Source: Hyphochytrium catenoides
Lineage: Eukaryota; Protista; Hyphochytriomycota
NCBI GenBank assembly: GCA_900088475.1
Contig: FLMG01000016.1
Span: 24,304 to 88,303 of the forward strand
Length of the DNA: 64,000 bases
Direction: 5' to 3'
Positions 23,348 through 34,559 of this stretch are shown here, in pieces. Position numbers and translations under genes: made by a program. Position 1 is the stretch's first letter. Each line of letters opens with the position of its first letter. Below the pieces are notes generated by a model. It made no database searches. It was not told the DNA's origin and worked only from the letters and a program-made list of their open reading frames with translations.

Positions 23348-26300
23348 CTATACGAACTCGTCCTCATCTTCGTCCCGTCCGCGTGCAGCTACAGCTTTAG
23401 GGGAAGTAGGGCGAGGCGAAAGTTGGGGAGAGCGCCGATGAGGAGGAATAATAATATCGATTTCCTCATCTTCTTCCTCTGCTATGACATGAACCGGATC
23501 GTCGGAGGGCAAAAGCCCACCACTCTCCTCTTGTCCAGTCTCCAGCGACCTTGCGGAGTTCACGTCGTCTGAGCGTGCCCCGCCGACTATTAACTCGTTG
23601 TCATCCCCTAATTGAACGCCAAGGCATAGCAAAGGGAAACCGCACAAGAAGCAGGAACGATCAACGGACAACGTTAGGCTGAAGGAGGTACCCATGACAG
23701 TTAGAAAAGATTCCCTACCTTCTTGGTCAGCCCCATCTACACGCTCCCACGAGTGTCGTTTCGTTCTCCAGATCACGGCCACTGCTATAAGCAGCAGGCA
23801 CCCAGCGGCAATAGCAACAGAAGCCACCACTACATAAGCAGGAACACCCTCGTCCTCGTCCTTTCCCTTGTCAGCACCAGCAGCTACGTTGGTCTGTGCG
23901 CTCGCAGCTTCTCCTGCAATCACGGAAGGAGAAGGGGTTGTGAACGGTGCAGGAGACGGAATAGGGGAGGTTGGACTAGAGGGCGATGGGGTTGGAGCTG
24001 CGGCGGGCTCCTTGCCTGATGTGGGGGCGAGTGCATTTGTTGGTGTGGCGGTAGTTGCAGTAGGCACCGGCGATGTAGGAGTGAGTGGAGTGGTTGGTGC
24101 AGCACTGGGGACACCGTTGGCAGGTGTCGGACCAGAGGTCGTTAGGGGAATGGTGCTATTGGTGGTTGTGTTAGAAGTTGCTGCAGTTGTGTTTGCAACT
24201 GTGGGCGTAGTCGTGGAAGATGTCGTAGTATTGGTATCAGAAGGGGCCCCTGTAGGGAGCACTGTTATCGCAATATCTTCAGCTGCAGACGTAACGTTGG
24301 TAGTGTTTGAGCCCGCAACAACCGTGGCATTTTCTACTGTCCCTGGCGGCTTCGTGGGCACTGCTGGCGGAGCCACCAGAGGAGGAGAAGGGGTGGTAGC
24401 ATTAGCGTCAGGTGAGGTTGGGGTCATTACTTCTGTGGGACCGACGGTTTTTGCCGCAGTTACATTCGCCGTGTTGTTAGCAATAGGGACCATGGCCTTC
24501 CCGATGGTAGGGGCAGCCGTAGAAATAGTAGTTGGGCTGACAGTAGGAATGGCCGTCGATGGCTGACCATCTGTGTTGGAGGAGAGAACAGACGAGGCGC
24601 GAGGAAAGTGTGAGGCGCTGCAATGTTTGGCCTCTTTGGGGTTCAAGATGGCGGGAGTGCTCTCCTTTGACACGCCACATCATACGGGCCCACAACCGAC
24701 AAAAGCCAACCCACCATCGCCCAAGAGTTAAACGGCAAACTCTCTAGAGTAAGGTAAAAGTGCAGGAAAATGCGACGCACAAGGGTAAAAGAATGAACCT
24801 TACCCGGTGCAGTGCAGTCAGTCTTCATGAACGCAAGCCTTCTCCCTTCAACGTCAAAGATCACATTGTGATTCATCATCACGGAGGCACCAATCACTGC
24901 CCAGAGAGAGAAGCTTAGCACCTCTAGTGCATCAACCAATGTGTTGGTCCCTTACCACCTCCCGAGCCTTCGGTGAAAAAGATCGTGGTGACGTAGGTGT
25001 CAGCTTTCTTCTTTGACTTCTCAAAGTACTGAGTTGCTGGAATAGACAATGTGACGGCCGACTTGGAGATACCTGGGGCAAGCCAAGACTTTAGGACTAT
25101 GGCATAAGGCCTTTCCTGTACTTCCCTCCTTCCTCCTTCCCCGTACTCGCTCATCTCACTCTTGACACAGCGGCCCTGAAGCGCTTCAGTGCTTAGAAAT
25201 TTCTGTCGTGAGCAATTGCCGAAAGCGTCTGGCTCTCTTTGGCCTCGGTAAGAAACTAGATCGCATTGCGCTCAACTGTCTTTCTCGTAGCCAAGGCTGG
25301 CCTTATTCCTTGATTTCCCCGCCTCTTCCTTACCTTCAAAGACAAAGACGAGGTCCGGAAGCTTCTTGAAGGTTTCTTTGGGGATCACAATAGTGGCATC
25401 TTCTTTGTTGGGATAGTCGAGGCCCGTAGCTTCCTTGAACTTCTTCAGGAAAGGGCCTGCCGCTCTACTGCTCAGGTAGGTGTCCGTGGTCCCGCTGTCC
25501 ACTATGGTGCCCTTCCCTTGGTTCCAAACATACTCTGGTAGCCCTAAACCGCCATCTTGACCAATCTTGAAATCCAACATCTTCACGTTAAACCACCTGG
25601 AAGGCAAGTGGGAAGGGTAGAGGGCAGAACCGGAAGTGGCAAGAGCAAGAGGGGAAATAGCGATTAGATATTTTAGCTTCTCAAGGTCTTCTTCGTTTAC
25701 TTGAGATACCCGCTCGAACTGGTTGGACCAATGCGGAGCCAATCAGGCTCTGAGGCGTTTCCGCGAGTGGGCTCGCCTATCGTCATGTACCCGCCTTTCG
25801 GTGCGAAGCACAAGCTAAACATCTCTCTATTAATCTTCTTCTGCTTTCTCATTGCGGAGATCAGGTTGTTTCCTTCAAACGCAAGGGATACCGGGCAAAG
25901 TCAGTGCTTGTCCACACAAGATAAACCGCATACTGTTTTACAGTCACAGCAGCTTAAGGGACGAGGGTAGCACCAGTTGGTAATCGAGTAAAAAGAAGAT
26001 GAAAATCCAGAGATGATAAATAATATAGGTGGGCAGCTGACGGGACGGACGAGACGTCTTTCATAGAGCATGAAAGAAGAGGAAAGAGACAGCGAGAGCT
26101 CTGCGTTCAGACTAAACGAGGTACCTGTATTCGATAGCCCAATAATGCCATTCTCGACTTGAGTCACAAAGAGAGCTACAGAATGTTACGTCAATTCAGG
26201 CACAGACACAACGCCGACGTAAGAAGGAGGTAGGAGTGAGAGCAAACTAACGCACTTATGCGTGGCACACTGGGACACGTGGGCTAAGAGAGCCAGCATT

Positions 26301-27425
26301 GCCGGTGAAGGACGCGCAAAAGTAGTTAACTTACCAGTCGTGAAGTATTGACAAGCGAACTCAAAGGGCACGCCCTCCAAGGAGGAGTTACCCGAGGGTC
26401 GCTTTGCATCACTGTCAAAAGTGACCAGGTCCCGAATCTTTACCCCTTTCCACTGACTCCCCTCAGAGTAGCTCTACAATCGCCATAGTGCAATTAGTAT
26501 GCCAGCAGGATAAGTAACGAGTTGCAAATAGAGAGTTGCTTCGCAGTCTCTAAAGAGAATGAAGCAAGACAAAGCACGTTTAATGGTGACAGACCTGCAC
26601 TATCGCGCATTTGTTCTCTAAGTGATAGTCCTGGCTGCAGCCTGCGGTGTAGGGCACATAGGAGGCGCTCGAGCTCTTGCTTGCGTCAAAATACTTATCT
26701 GTGTGGTTACCACACACTTTCGTCTCACATCTGAATGCCATTTGGTCGGAAAGTCAGGCCGGAGGCATCATGGAAAGGAAATGTTAAAGCAAAGAAGAAC
26801 TCGAATAGAGAAGATGAAGAGGTCTCAACCAAGAAAGAGAGCAGGAGCACCGCGCTGCAGAATATTCTTCCTCTAAGAAGACATACGTACTGTGCACAAG
26901 GAAATGCGAGGATGTGACTGCCAGTATCCAGGATAACAGAGGCACGTTGTGGTGGGGTTCCCACTAGAACCTCAGCATAGTGAGTCCTAAAGTGCATTGC
27001 GTCATGTGTCAAAGATCCTGCTCAAAATCAAGAACCACACAACAGTAATGTGACACCTACCCTTCGCCCACTGCTAAGGCGACTGTGTGCATATCAATGT
27101 CTGCCAGTGAGCGGCGGAACCGTGCTCTTCTCTGTCTGACACGCTAGAGCCACGATTTTAGAATAGAATTTTTGAAAGAAAGTGCAAGAGAAGGTAACCC
27201 ATGAAAGAAGATCCTACAAGGAAAAAGCAAACATGTCCACCTTACTCGCATCAGTGTACTTGGGTCTCGTTGTAGAGCTATTCTGTTGCTCGAAGCGGTA
27301 AAGAGCTCTTGATCAGGAGCACTATTTCCAGAAAAGGGAGAGAGAACAACTTCTTCACTTCCGTAGGCCTGTCCTGCGCAAAACAGAGCCATCCCCAGCA
27401 GCGCAATATAACGACAAACGCCCAT
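23348..27425 (-). CDS. A1-family aspartic protease (plasmepsin V/oomycete AP-like): signal peptide, Thr/Pro mucin-like stalk, TM helix, acidic tail
   Basis: Signal MGVCRYIALLGMALFCAGQAYG; THYAEVLVGTPPQRASVILDTGSH and TIVDSGTTDTY (both catalytic Asp); SYSEGSQWKG; VIGASVMMNHNVIFD; long T/P/A-rich stretch; TM YVVVASVAIAAGCLLLIAVAVIW. Confidence 0.92.
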
Positions 27426-27868
27426 GATTCCGGTCTTCTTCAGAGTCGCAGGTAAACAGACAACCTTCAATACAATCAGTCCGCAAAGAGCTACTGCCCA
27501 TACATCATCCAACCTAGCGATGAAGGAAGCTGCTAGGCTTTGTGCCCTTGATGTGGGGCCTGTGTGTGTGACCTCTAGGGTTAGGGGCGATACTCCATAT
27601 CTCACCCTGGTCTTCCAGCAACCGAACGGACCTTGCAGCAACGATGTGGGGGTGACCAACAGCCTAAGGAGAGACGTGTCTTTGCTCGCTCCAATTGCCA
27701 GCTCCACGACTTGCTGCTTGTCTCTTCTTATAGCTCGAGAATAGGCCCTGTCCCTGCGTTCTCACGGCTCCGTTGCTCTCATCAGAGCAAAGCCTCAGCA
27801 GCTGCCTCAGGGTTCACACAGAGGGGAAGTGGCATGATAGTGTCATTGGCAACTGAGGAGCGGCGATA

Positions 27869-29347
27869 ATGGGAAAACGGCGCTGTGATGGCGAGCTCGT
27901 CTGAGATAAAACCATGAAACCCTGCGATGCGATGCTGTCTCTCTCTCCTCCACACTTCATAACATCTCACACTTAAAGCACCTCTTTGCCAGATGGCAAG
28001 ATTACGGCTTCGGTGTGTTTTGTAATGGACCATACCTGTGATTTATTTGTCAAGAACGGTTGTTTAGTAGTAGACAGTTTAAGTCTGAGTATTGACATTC
28101 TAAGATCTGATAATGTAAGAGGCGCTTTAAGGTGGGTGTTGTTTGATGTGTCATGTGATGCTCGTTTCTGATCTTGTACTATAAGAGATAAAGGGCAACG
28201 GATTTGTCATGATAGCTGGAATATCTTGATCATTACGGATACCCATGGTATTGGTGGCTCCCACAAGAGTTTCAGAATCCATTGTAAGAAGGAATCATTC
28301 CCACGATGATGAAGCTGAAGCTGTGAGAATCTTCATGAAAGCTTCACAACGGACTTCTTGAGCTCTGGAGGTACATAGTTCTAGGTGTTGGAGAGCTTTG
28401 CTAGCTCTTCTGAACAGCGATTATCCTGCCTCTTATACTCTTAGGAGTCCCGACATCCAGCTGCAGAGTAAGGCTACCTGAATAGGGGACAGTAGGCGAG
28501 GTAGGGAGGTAGAGCTCCATTGCACTCTGTTGTCAGAAGCTCGACAATACACCGGTGTCTTGGCAGGTCTCCAGCTCCTCAGCTGACAATATTACGAGGA
28601 TGAGCGGAGTCCCAGCTATTATCTTCAAAGTTCGCAAGCTCCGTAAGGCTGTGGAGGAGGTCTTTGAAAGGATGTACGTATCCCGCTTTGGGTTGCTGCC
28701 TGCTACCTTTTCACAGGACACATATAACTCTTGTTCAACAGAGAAAAGATGGGTCCAGCCAACTACACTCCCAGTCAAGGCATGGGTAAGCTCTACTTTC
28801 CGGTCTCAAGATGCGGCCTTACTTTTCCACCTAATTTCTCGCCTTATTATAGAGGACCGGCAGCAGCTTAAGGATATGATGGAAGAGGTTATGCAGCAGG
28901 TAACTTAGCCTTAGCGCTCTGACTTCTGGCGCCAAGAGAGGTTGCTAAGCTTTAGCGTCAGATGGACCAGGCAGACGTGAATGATCTTACGAAGAATCCT
29001 CTAGCCAAGAAGACAGACGCTGAAATAGAGGTGAGCCCGCACCATTATATAGTCCTCGGGATACATACGTCCAATAAGGGCCCTAACCGTGGCCCTGCAG
29101 AGCTTAAGCAAGGAGATCATAGAGCTGAAGAATGAGCGCTCAGCTATCCATCATCGCTGTGCAGCATCTGTGAAAGGAATGGTCTCTTTATAGCCTTCCT
29201 GCGACGACGCTCCTCCATAAATCGCCCCATTCCTCTCCTTCCACTTATTTATTCATGTTGCAAATCTCCGTCGTTCCCTTCTTTAGCATCGTCCAAAGGG
29301 TACTTAAGTTGAAGCGTCAAATGAAGTCGCTCTTGCAGCTTTACTAA
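27869..29347 (+). CDS. Hypothetical spliced protein with C-terminal coiled coil; 5' end uncertain
   Basis: Phase-compatible exons give LEYLDHYGYPWYWWLPQEF..., KVRKLRKAVEEVFER, QQLKDMMEEVMQQ|MDQADVNDLTKNPLAKKTDAEIE|SLSKEIIELKNE and IVQRVLKLKRQMKSLLQLY*. Confidence 0.5.
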
Positions 29348-29460
29348 TATAGGAGATTGTAAAGAATCCAGAAACGCTCAGTCTGCAGAGGGACAATCTC
29401 CGCTACATCTCCTTCCTTAACGCTGCTGCTATTGTCCTCTCCTTTTAAGTGTATATAGCC

Positions 29461-32400
29461 TTACTCACAGTGGCGATAGATGGCCACTGTGCGAGCTGGA
29501 ATGTAGACCTAAAGCATAAAGGCATTAGTCAGCTTTTTGTGGAAGGGCATGAGGTTAGAGTCTAACGGTCTAGTAGAACCCGAGAGCGTGAGCAGGAGGC
29601 AAGAAGGATAAAGAAGTGAGCCGACAAAGAGTCCATCTGATATAAGAGTCAATCCGCATAGACAGTTAGGGCTAGAAGTCTAACCTGCATGCTATTCTTC
29701 CGGTTGCAGTGCGGCATATCGCGGGTAAAGTACTCAGCATTCGCATCAAGACGCTGGTGGCCACCAAACTCAGCCCTGTCGCTGTCGGTTAACAGCATGT
29801 ACTTCCCAGGCCTGTCAACGCCAATTGCATAGTCTGGGAAGCTCTGGTGGGAGTTGAAACTGAAGACAAAGACAAGACCTGCCTTCTCGAAAACGATGAC
29901 CTTGTCCTGCTCGTGCTTCAAAGATATGTACGCGTCCGTCGCCAGAAGTACGTTGTACTGCTTATCCATGCTATTCATTGCCCTGTCCCAGTTATTTAAA
30001 TGTTGATAGCGCAGTAGTGGGTCGTCGACAAGGTTCCATTGTCTCCTGCAGTTGTGGAAGCTCCAGTTATTGCCCTGTCTTGGAAAGTCAATCCACTCAG
30101 GATGGCCGAACTCGTTGCCCATAAAATTAAGCCAAGCTTCTCCTCCGAGTGCATAGGTAAGGGTCCTAATCATCTTGTGCAAAGCAATACCACGGTCGAC
30201 GATACCGTTCACAGGGTGAACCGTTGACATTCCGGTGTACATTTCCTTGTCCATCAGCCAGAAAGCAAGCGTCTTGTCTCCGACAAGAGCTTGGTCGTGG
30301 CTTTCTGCGTATGTGATCGTTCTCTCGGAGTAGCGGCGGTTAGTCAAAGTCCAGCAGATGGCTGACATATCCCATTGCTCATCGGTAGATTCCTTCAGCA
30401 GTTTGATCCACATGTCTGGGACAGCCATAGCAAGGCGGTAGTCAAACCCGACTCCTCCCTCCTTGACGGGTCGGCACAGTCCAGGCATGCCTGAGACATC
30501 CTCGGCGATGGTAATAGCAGGAGGGTTCATCGTGTGCAGCAGTTCATTAGCCAGCTGAAGGTAGACAATGGCATCATCATCCGTCATTGACCGGTCAGAA
30601 AAGTACTCTCCGTAGTCTCCGCTGAACCCAAACCCAATGCCGTGGTGCAAATAGAGCATCGAGGTCACGCCGTCGAACCTGTAGCCATCAAACCCATACT
30701 CGTCCACCCACCAACGGCAGTTGGAGAGTAGGAAACGTAATGTCTCGAAGTTGCCATAGTTAAAGATCCGAGAGTCCCATAGCTCATGCTTCCCTCTAGG
30801 TCCCGCGTGGAAATAATGCGCATCAGTGCCATCAAACATGTTGATGCCGTCCAGGACATTAGTGGAGGCGTGGCTGTGGACGATATCCATAATAACGAGC
30901 ATCCCAAGCTCATGCGCCCTATCCACAAGGGCCTTCAGGTCATCAGGAGTGCCAGAGCGAGAGGACACAGCAAAGAAGTTCGTCACGTGATAACCAAAGC
31001 TGCCATAATAAGCGTGCTCCATGATGGCCATCAGCTGTACGCAGTTGTATCCTTGACGATGGATGCGAGGCAGAACGTCGTCCGCAAACTCCTTGTAGGT
31101 ATGAACACGACCCTCGATGCCGGCCATCCCGACGTGGGCCTCGTAAATCCTCAGCGCTTCGTTATCAGGTAACTTCTTCCGTGCAGTTCTCCACTTGTAC
31201 TTCTCATCTGGATCCCAGTGTACGGCGCAGTAGCTGAGGCTGTTTTCATTGACCTGTTGGACGGCATAAGGCGCCCAGCACGGGATGCGGTGCTCCATCT
31301 TTCCATCTGGTCCAGTGACGGCGCACTTGATCCTGCTCCCGTGTTTGATCCTCTTCCCTCCTTCTGGAAGATCGCTGATGAAGCAATACCAGTCTCCAAA
31401 CTCTGAGCGTTCCATGGGGTTGGCATTGGCGTCCCAATGATTGAAGTCTCCAATGAGAGCTAGTCGCTGTGCTGCAGGAGCCCACTCCCGGTAGTGGTAG
31501 CCGTGCTTTTCCCCATCATAGATGAGTCCATAGCGCTTGTAGCCCTTGGCAAACTCATGCAGCCCTCCGCCGTTCTTCGCAATGTTTTCCTACGGCAGGG
31601 AGAGAAACGGAACACTCAGTACCGCTAGAAGAGACGAAAAGAGACGACGCCCTTAGAAAGTAACTGGAAGCCAACCGCCGCAAAATGCTAGTGTCTAGGC
31701 AAGATCATGGACTCAAGGGGTTGAATAACGTCCGATAGGCCCTTCAGGCTCACCTTGACCTGCTTATACCGTGAATAACGGCCGCGCAGAGTGTTCTCAT
31801 ATGGCTCCAGCCACGGATCAACAGCAATTAGCGCCGTACCGTCAGTCGCATTTCTAAACCGGTGGGGCCCTGTCTGCCACACATCTTCAAATAGAATCTG
31901 GAGAGAGGCAACGTCAGATTTGTCCTAGGCATGGATGACTAGCCTTCTTGGTTAGGCGAGAGGTAGCCAGCAATCTAAGGAACAGGGATAATCTGAGAAT
32001 ACAGGCACAGATCAAGATGAATGGCATCAAGGTATGGAAAAAGAAGGACGAGCAAACCATCACAATGACCTCGAAGTATAGGGCCAAGAAGTCAAGGAGA
32101 GATCACTGGTCAAGCGCAGCAGGGGCAGGTAAGCCGCTATATATACATGGACTTTGGCCAGTAGATGCTGAGTCAGGAGGTAACCCTCTCCAGCAGCCTT
32201 TCTCGCCATCTCTTATGTATCGCCATCTCAACTCACCTCGCCAATGTCTGAAGAGACGATTCTCTTATGGTTGTCTCCTTCATTCCAGATCTTCTCCTCT
32301 GGATTTTCTTCATTGATCATCACGTACTTGTACTCGAACGGCCAGTCACGAGGCAGGTGCACTGAGGTTTCGTAGACCTTCTGTCCATGCTCTTCATGAG

Positions 32401-32563
32401 ACTCTTTCAGCGGGATCCCGCTTTCAGCTTTCCATGACCCAAGCTCTGGGATGCTTCCTGCAATTCTTAGGGAAAAGTTATAAGGAACCGAGATTCTCAC
32501 TCGGAACTTGCATTCGCTGAACTCTCTCGAGTGCATCCTGTCGTCAGCGTGAGCTGCCACCAT
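29461..32563 (-). CDS. GBE1: 1,4-alpha-glucan branching enzyme (GH13_8) with N-terminal CBM20
   Basis: YREWAPAA, IYEAHVGM, QLMAIMEHAYYGSFGYHVTNFFAVSSRSGTP, RFDGVTSM, IAEDVSGMP, YAESHDQALVGDKT, LNFMGNEFGHPEWIDFPR. First exon LRIAGSIPELGSW..FEYKYV..WNEGDNH is CBM20-like. Last exon VYIPARTVAIYRHCE*. Confidence 0.96.
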
Positions 32564-33059
32564 TGTGGAGAGGAGAGAGCAGTGACCAGACGAGAGAGAG
32601 AGAAGGCAAGAAAGACGCGGTGCGGTTATTATAGTCTCAAAGATATCAGAGCCGATCTGGGAGGCGGTAAATTGAATATTGAAGAAATCCTTGATATAGC
32701 GAAGAGAAGGGGCAGGGAGGACAATATGAAAGGGCGACCACTGGGAAATGACTGCAGGACCTCTTTTAACGCCTCGGCCCCTTCTGTCACTTACCTTGAA
32801 CCCCTTCCCTGTCTTGATAATGGCTTTGTTCTCTTTCCCACAGGCAAGTGCTTGTGAAGATTGACGCTGCAGGATCTTGCTTTCTGCTGGGTGATGAGGC
32901 GAGGAGAGGGAACAGCTGTTGGTCTGCTTCCCGTTTCTGGAGGAAGATATCTTTCTTTCCTTGTCCGTTCAAGAGGTAGAGCGATCAATCGAGATACTGT
33001 ATGAGGATCTTAGGCAGACAGAATGAAACAGAGATGAAAGACGATGAGCTAAAGGTAAG

Positions 33060-33066
33060 AGAATGA

Positions 33067-33117
<51 letters not shown>

Positions 33118-33312
33118 TTGAGAGGGAGGAAGAGAGAAAGAGAGAAGTAGCAGACTCACCGTGATCAGATAGCTGAACTGAGAGGGAGACAGAGGGAGGA
33201 AAAGGGAAACAGAGTGTAAGAGTAGAGAGAGAGAGGAAGAGAGAACCCCGAAAGAGAGAGAGAGAGAGAAAGAGAAGGGAAGAGCGAGAGGAAGAAGGGT
33301 GAGAGAGAGGAA
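33060..33312. repeat. GA-rich low-complexity tract/(GA)n microsatellite upstream of branching enzyme
   Basis: Extended gagaga runs. Confidence 0.9.
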
Positions 33313-34559
33313 ACAATTGACATGAGATCCTGAGCTTTCTTGTTCTTCTCTCTCTCTCGTGCGCCATGGCTTCGCATCACCCAATGGACCCCTCCCACCC
33401 AAAGGTGTGTCAGCCGGGCTAAGTATACCAAGTCAAATATTTATCTAAGTATTATAACAGATAGTAAAATTCCTCTTTTCTCTTTTTTCTCATTCACAAG
33501 TCCGCTTAGAAAACTTACTCTCCCTTCACGTTTCCTGGGGTGGTCCCAAGATGGTCTTCTTGATTCTTTGCTCCAGGAATCCTGATCCATCACGACTTCT
33601 GTCACGTAGCATTGGGTGAGCATTGCCCATAGATAAGACCGGGGTAATCAAACTCACGAAACCTTTTGAGGATGGTAGGGATGATCTCTTTGGCCATTCT
33701 TAACTATAATAGTACCCCCACCCCCAACATATTCTGCAAAGGAAGGCGGGTGGGCGATCAGAATCCTTTATTCAGCGGAAGGTTACGACGGAGAAGGCAA
33801 GGGCTGGTCATCAACTCAAACCCGCAAGAGCAGCAAGCGTGTCGCTTCGTCTGTGTGATCTGTTTGCTTGTCTTTCTTGGTGCCGTGTGCCGCCGCGTCA
33901 TTCCAATGTGAGTAGGTTCGGGTGTCGCTGCTGGCGCGGCAGAGAACGTGGCCAGTGGGACGACCAGCGTGAGTGGCACCGGATAGGAAAGAAGGAAGAG
34001 CCATCCCAGCCATAGAAGCGAGATAAAAGGCACCTATGACAGCTCACCCTCTCCATTTGATAAGCAACCTAAAGGGCTATTCACTTCACTCTACGACCGC
34101 TAACATGGAGACCAGATGAAGCCGCAGCTGCCTGACAGAGTACCTGACCCAGTAGTTCCCAGTAGTCAGAAAAGTTTAGGAAAAGAATATAAGTAGAACT
34201 GCAGTTGTAAACTTTGGTTTTGATTCGACCATTAAGAAGAAGGGTTTGCCCGTTGCTTCTTCCGTTGAAGATGAAATGTTTGGAGTGCACAACATGGCGT
34301 ATATGAACATCCTTTAGAGCTCCAGGCTCACTTTAGGTTCTGAGTCTGCTCAGTCCCTTGACGTCCTTGATGTTCCCAGCCCAAGACTGGCTTTCGTCGA
34401 GAGGTGAAAGCAGGTGCGTACTTCGACAATAAGTGCTTGATCTTTAGGCAGGACGGACTCAGAAACGACAATGACAATAAGCCTTAACGTAGAACTCATC
34501 CGAGCTCGCTGAGTTCTAGGATAATAAGTTGTTGTGGCGCTTGCTATGGCACATTTTCG

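Noticed and set aside
23868-24566. 232-aa plus-strand Val/Gly/Ala-rich ORF
   Set aside because: Antisense shadow of the Thr/Pro-rich stalk exon of the aspartic protease.
33666-34033. Overlapping short hydrophobic/Cys-rich ORFs on both strands
   Set aside because: Short, no homology recognised, no supported exon structure.
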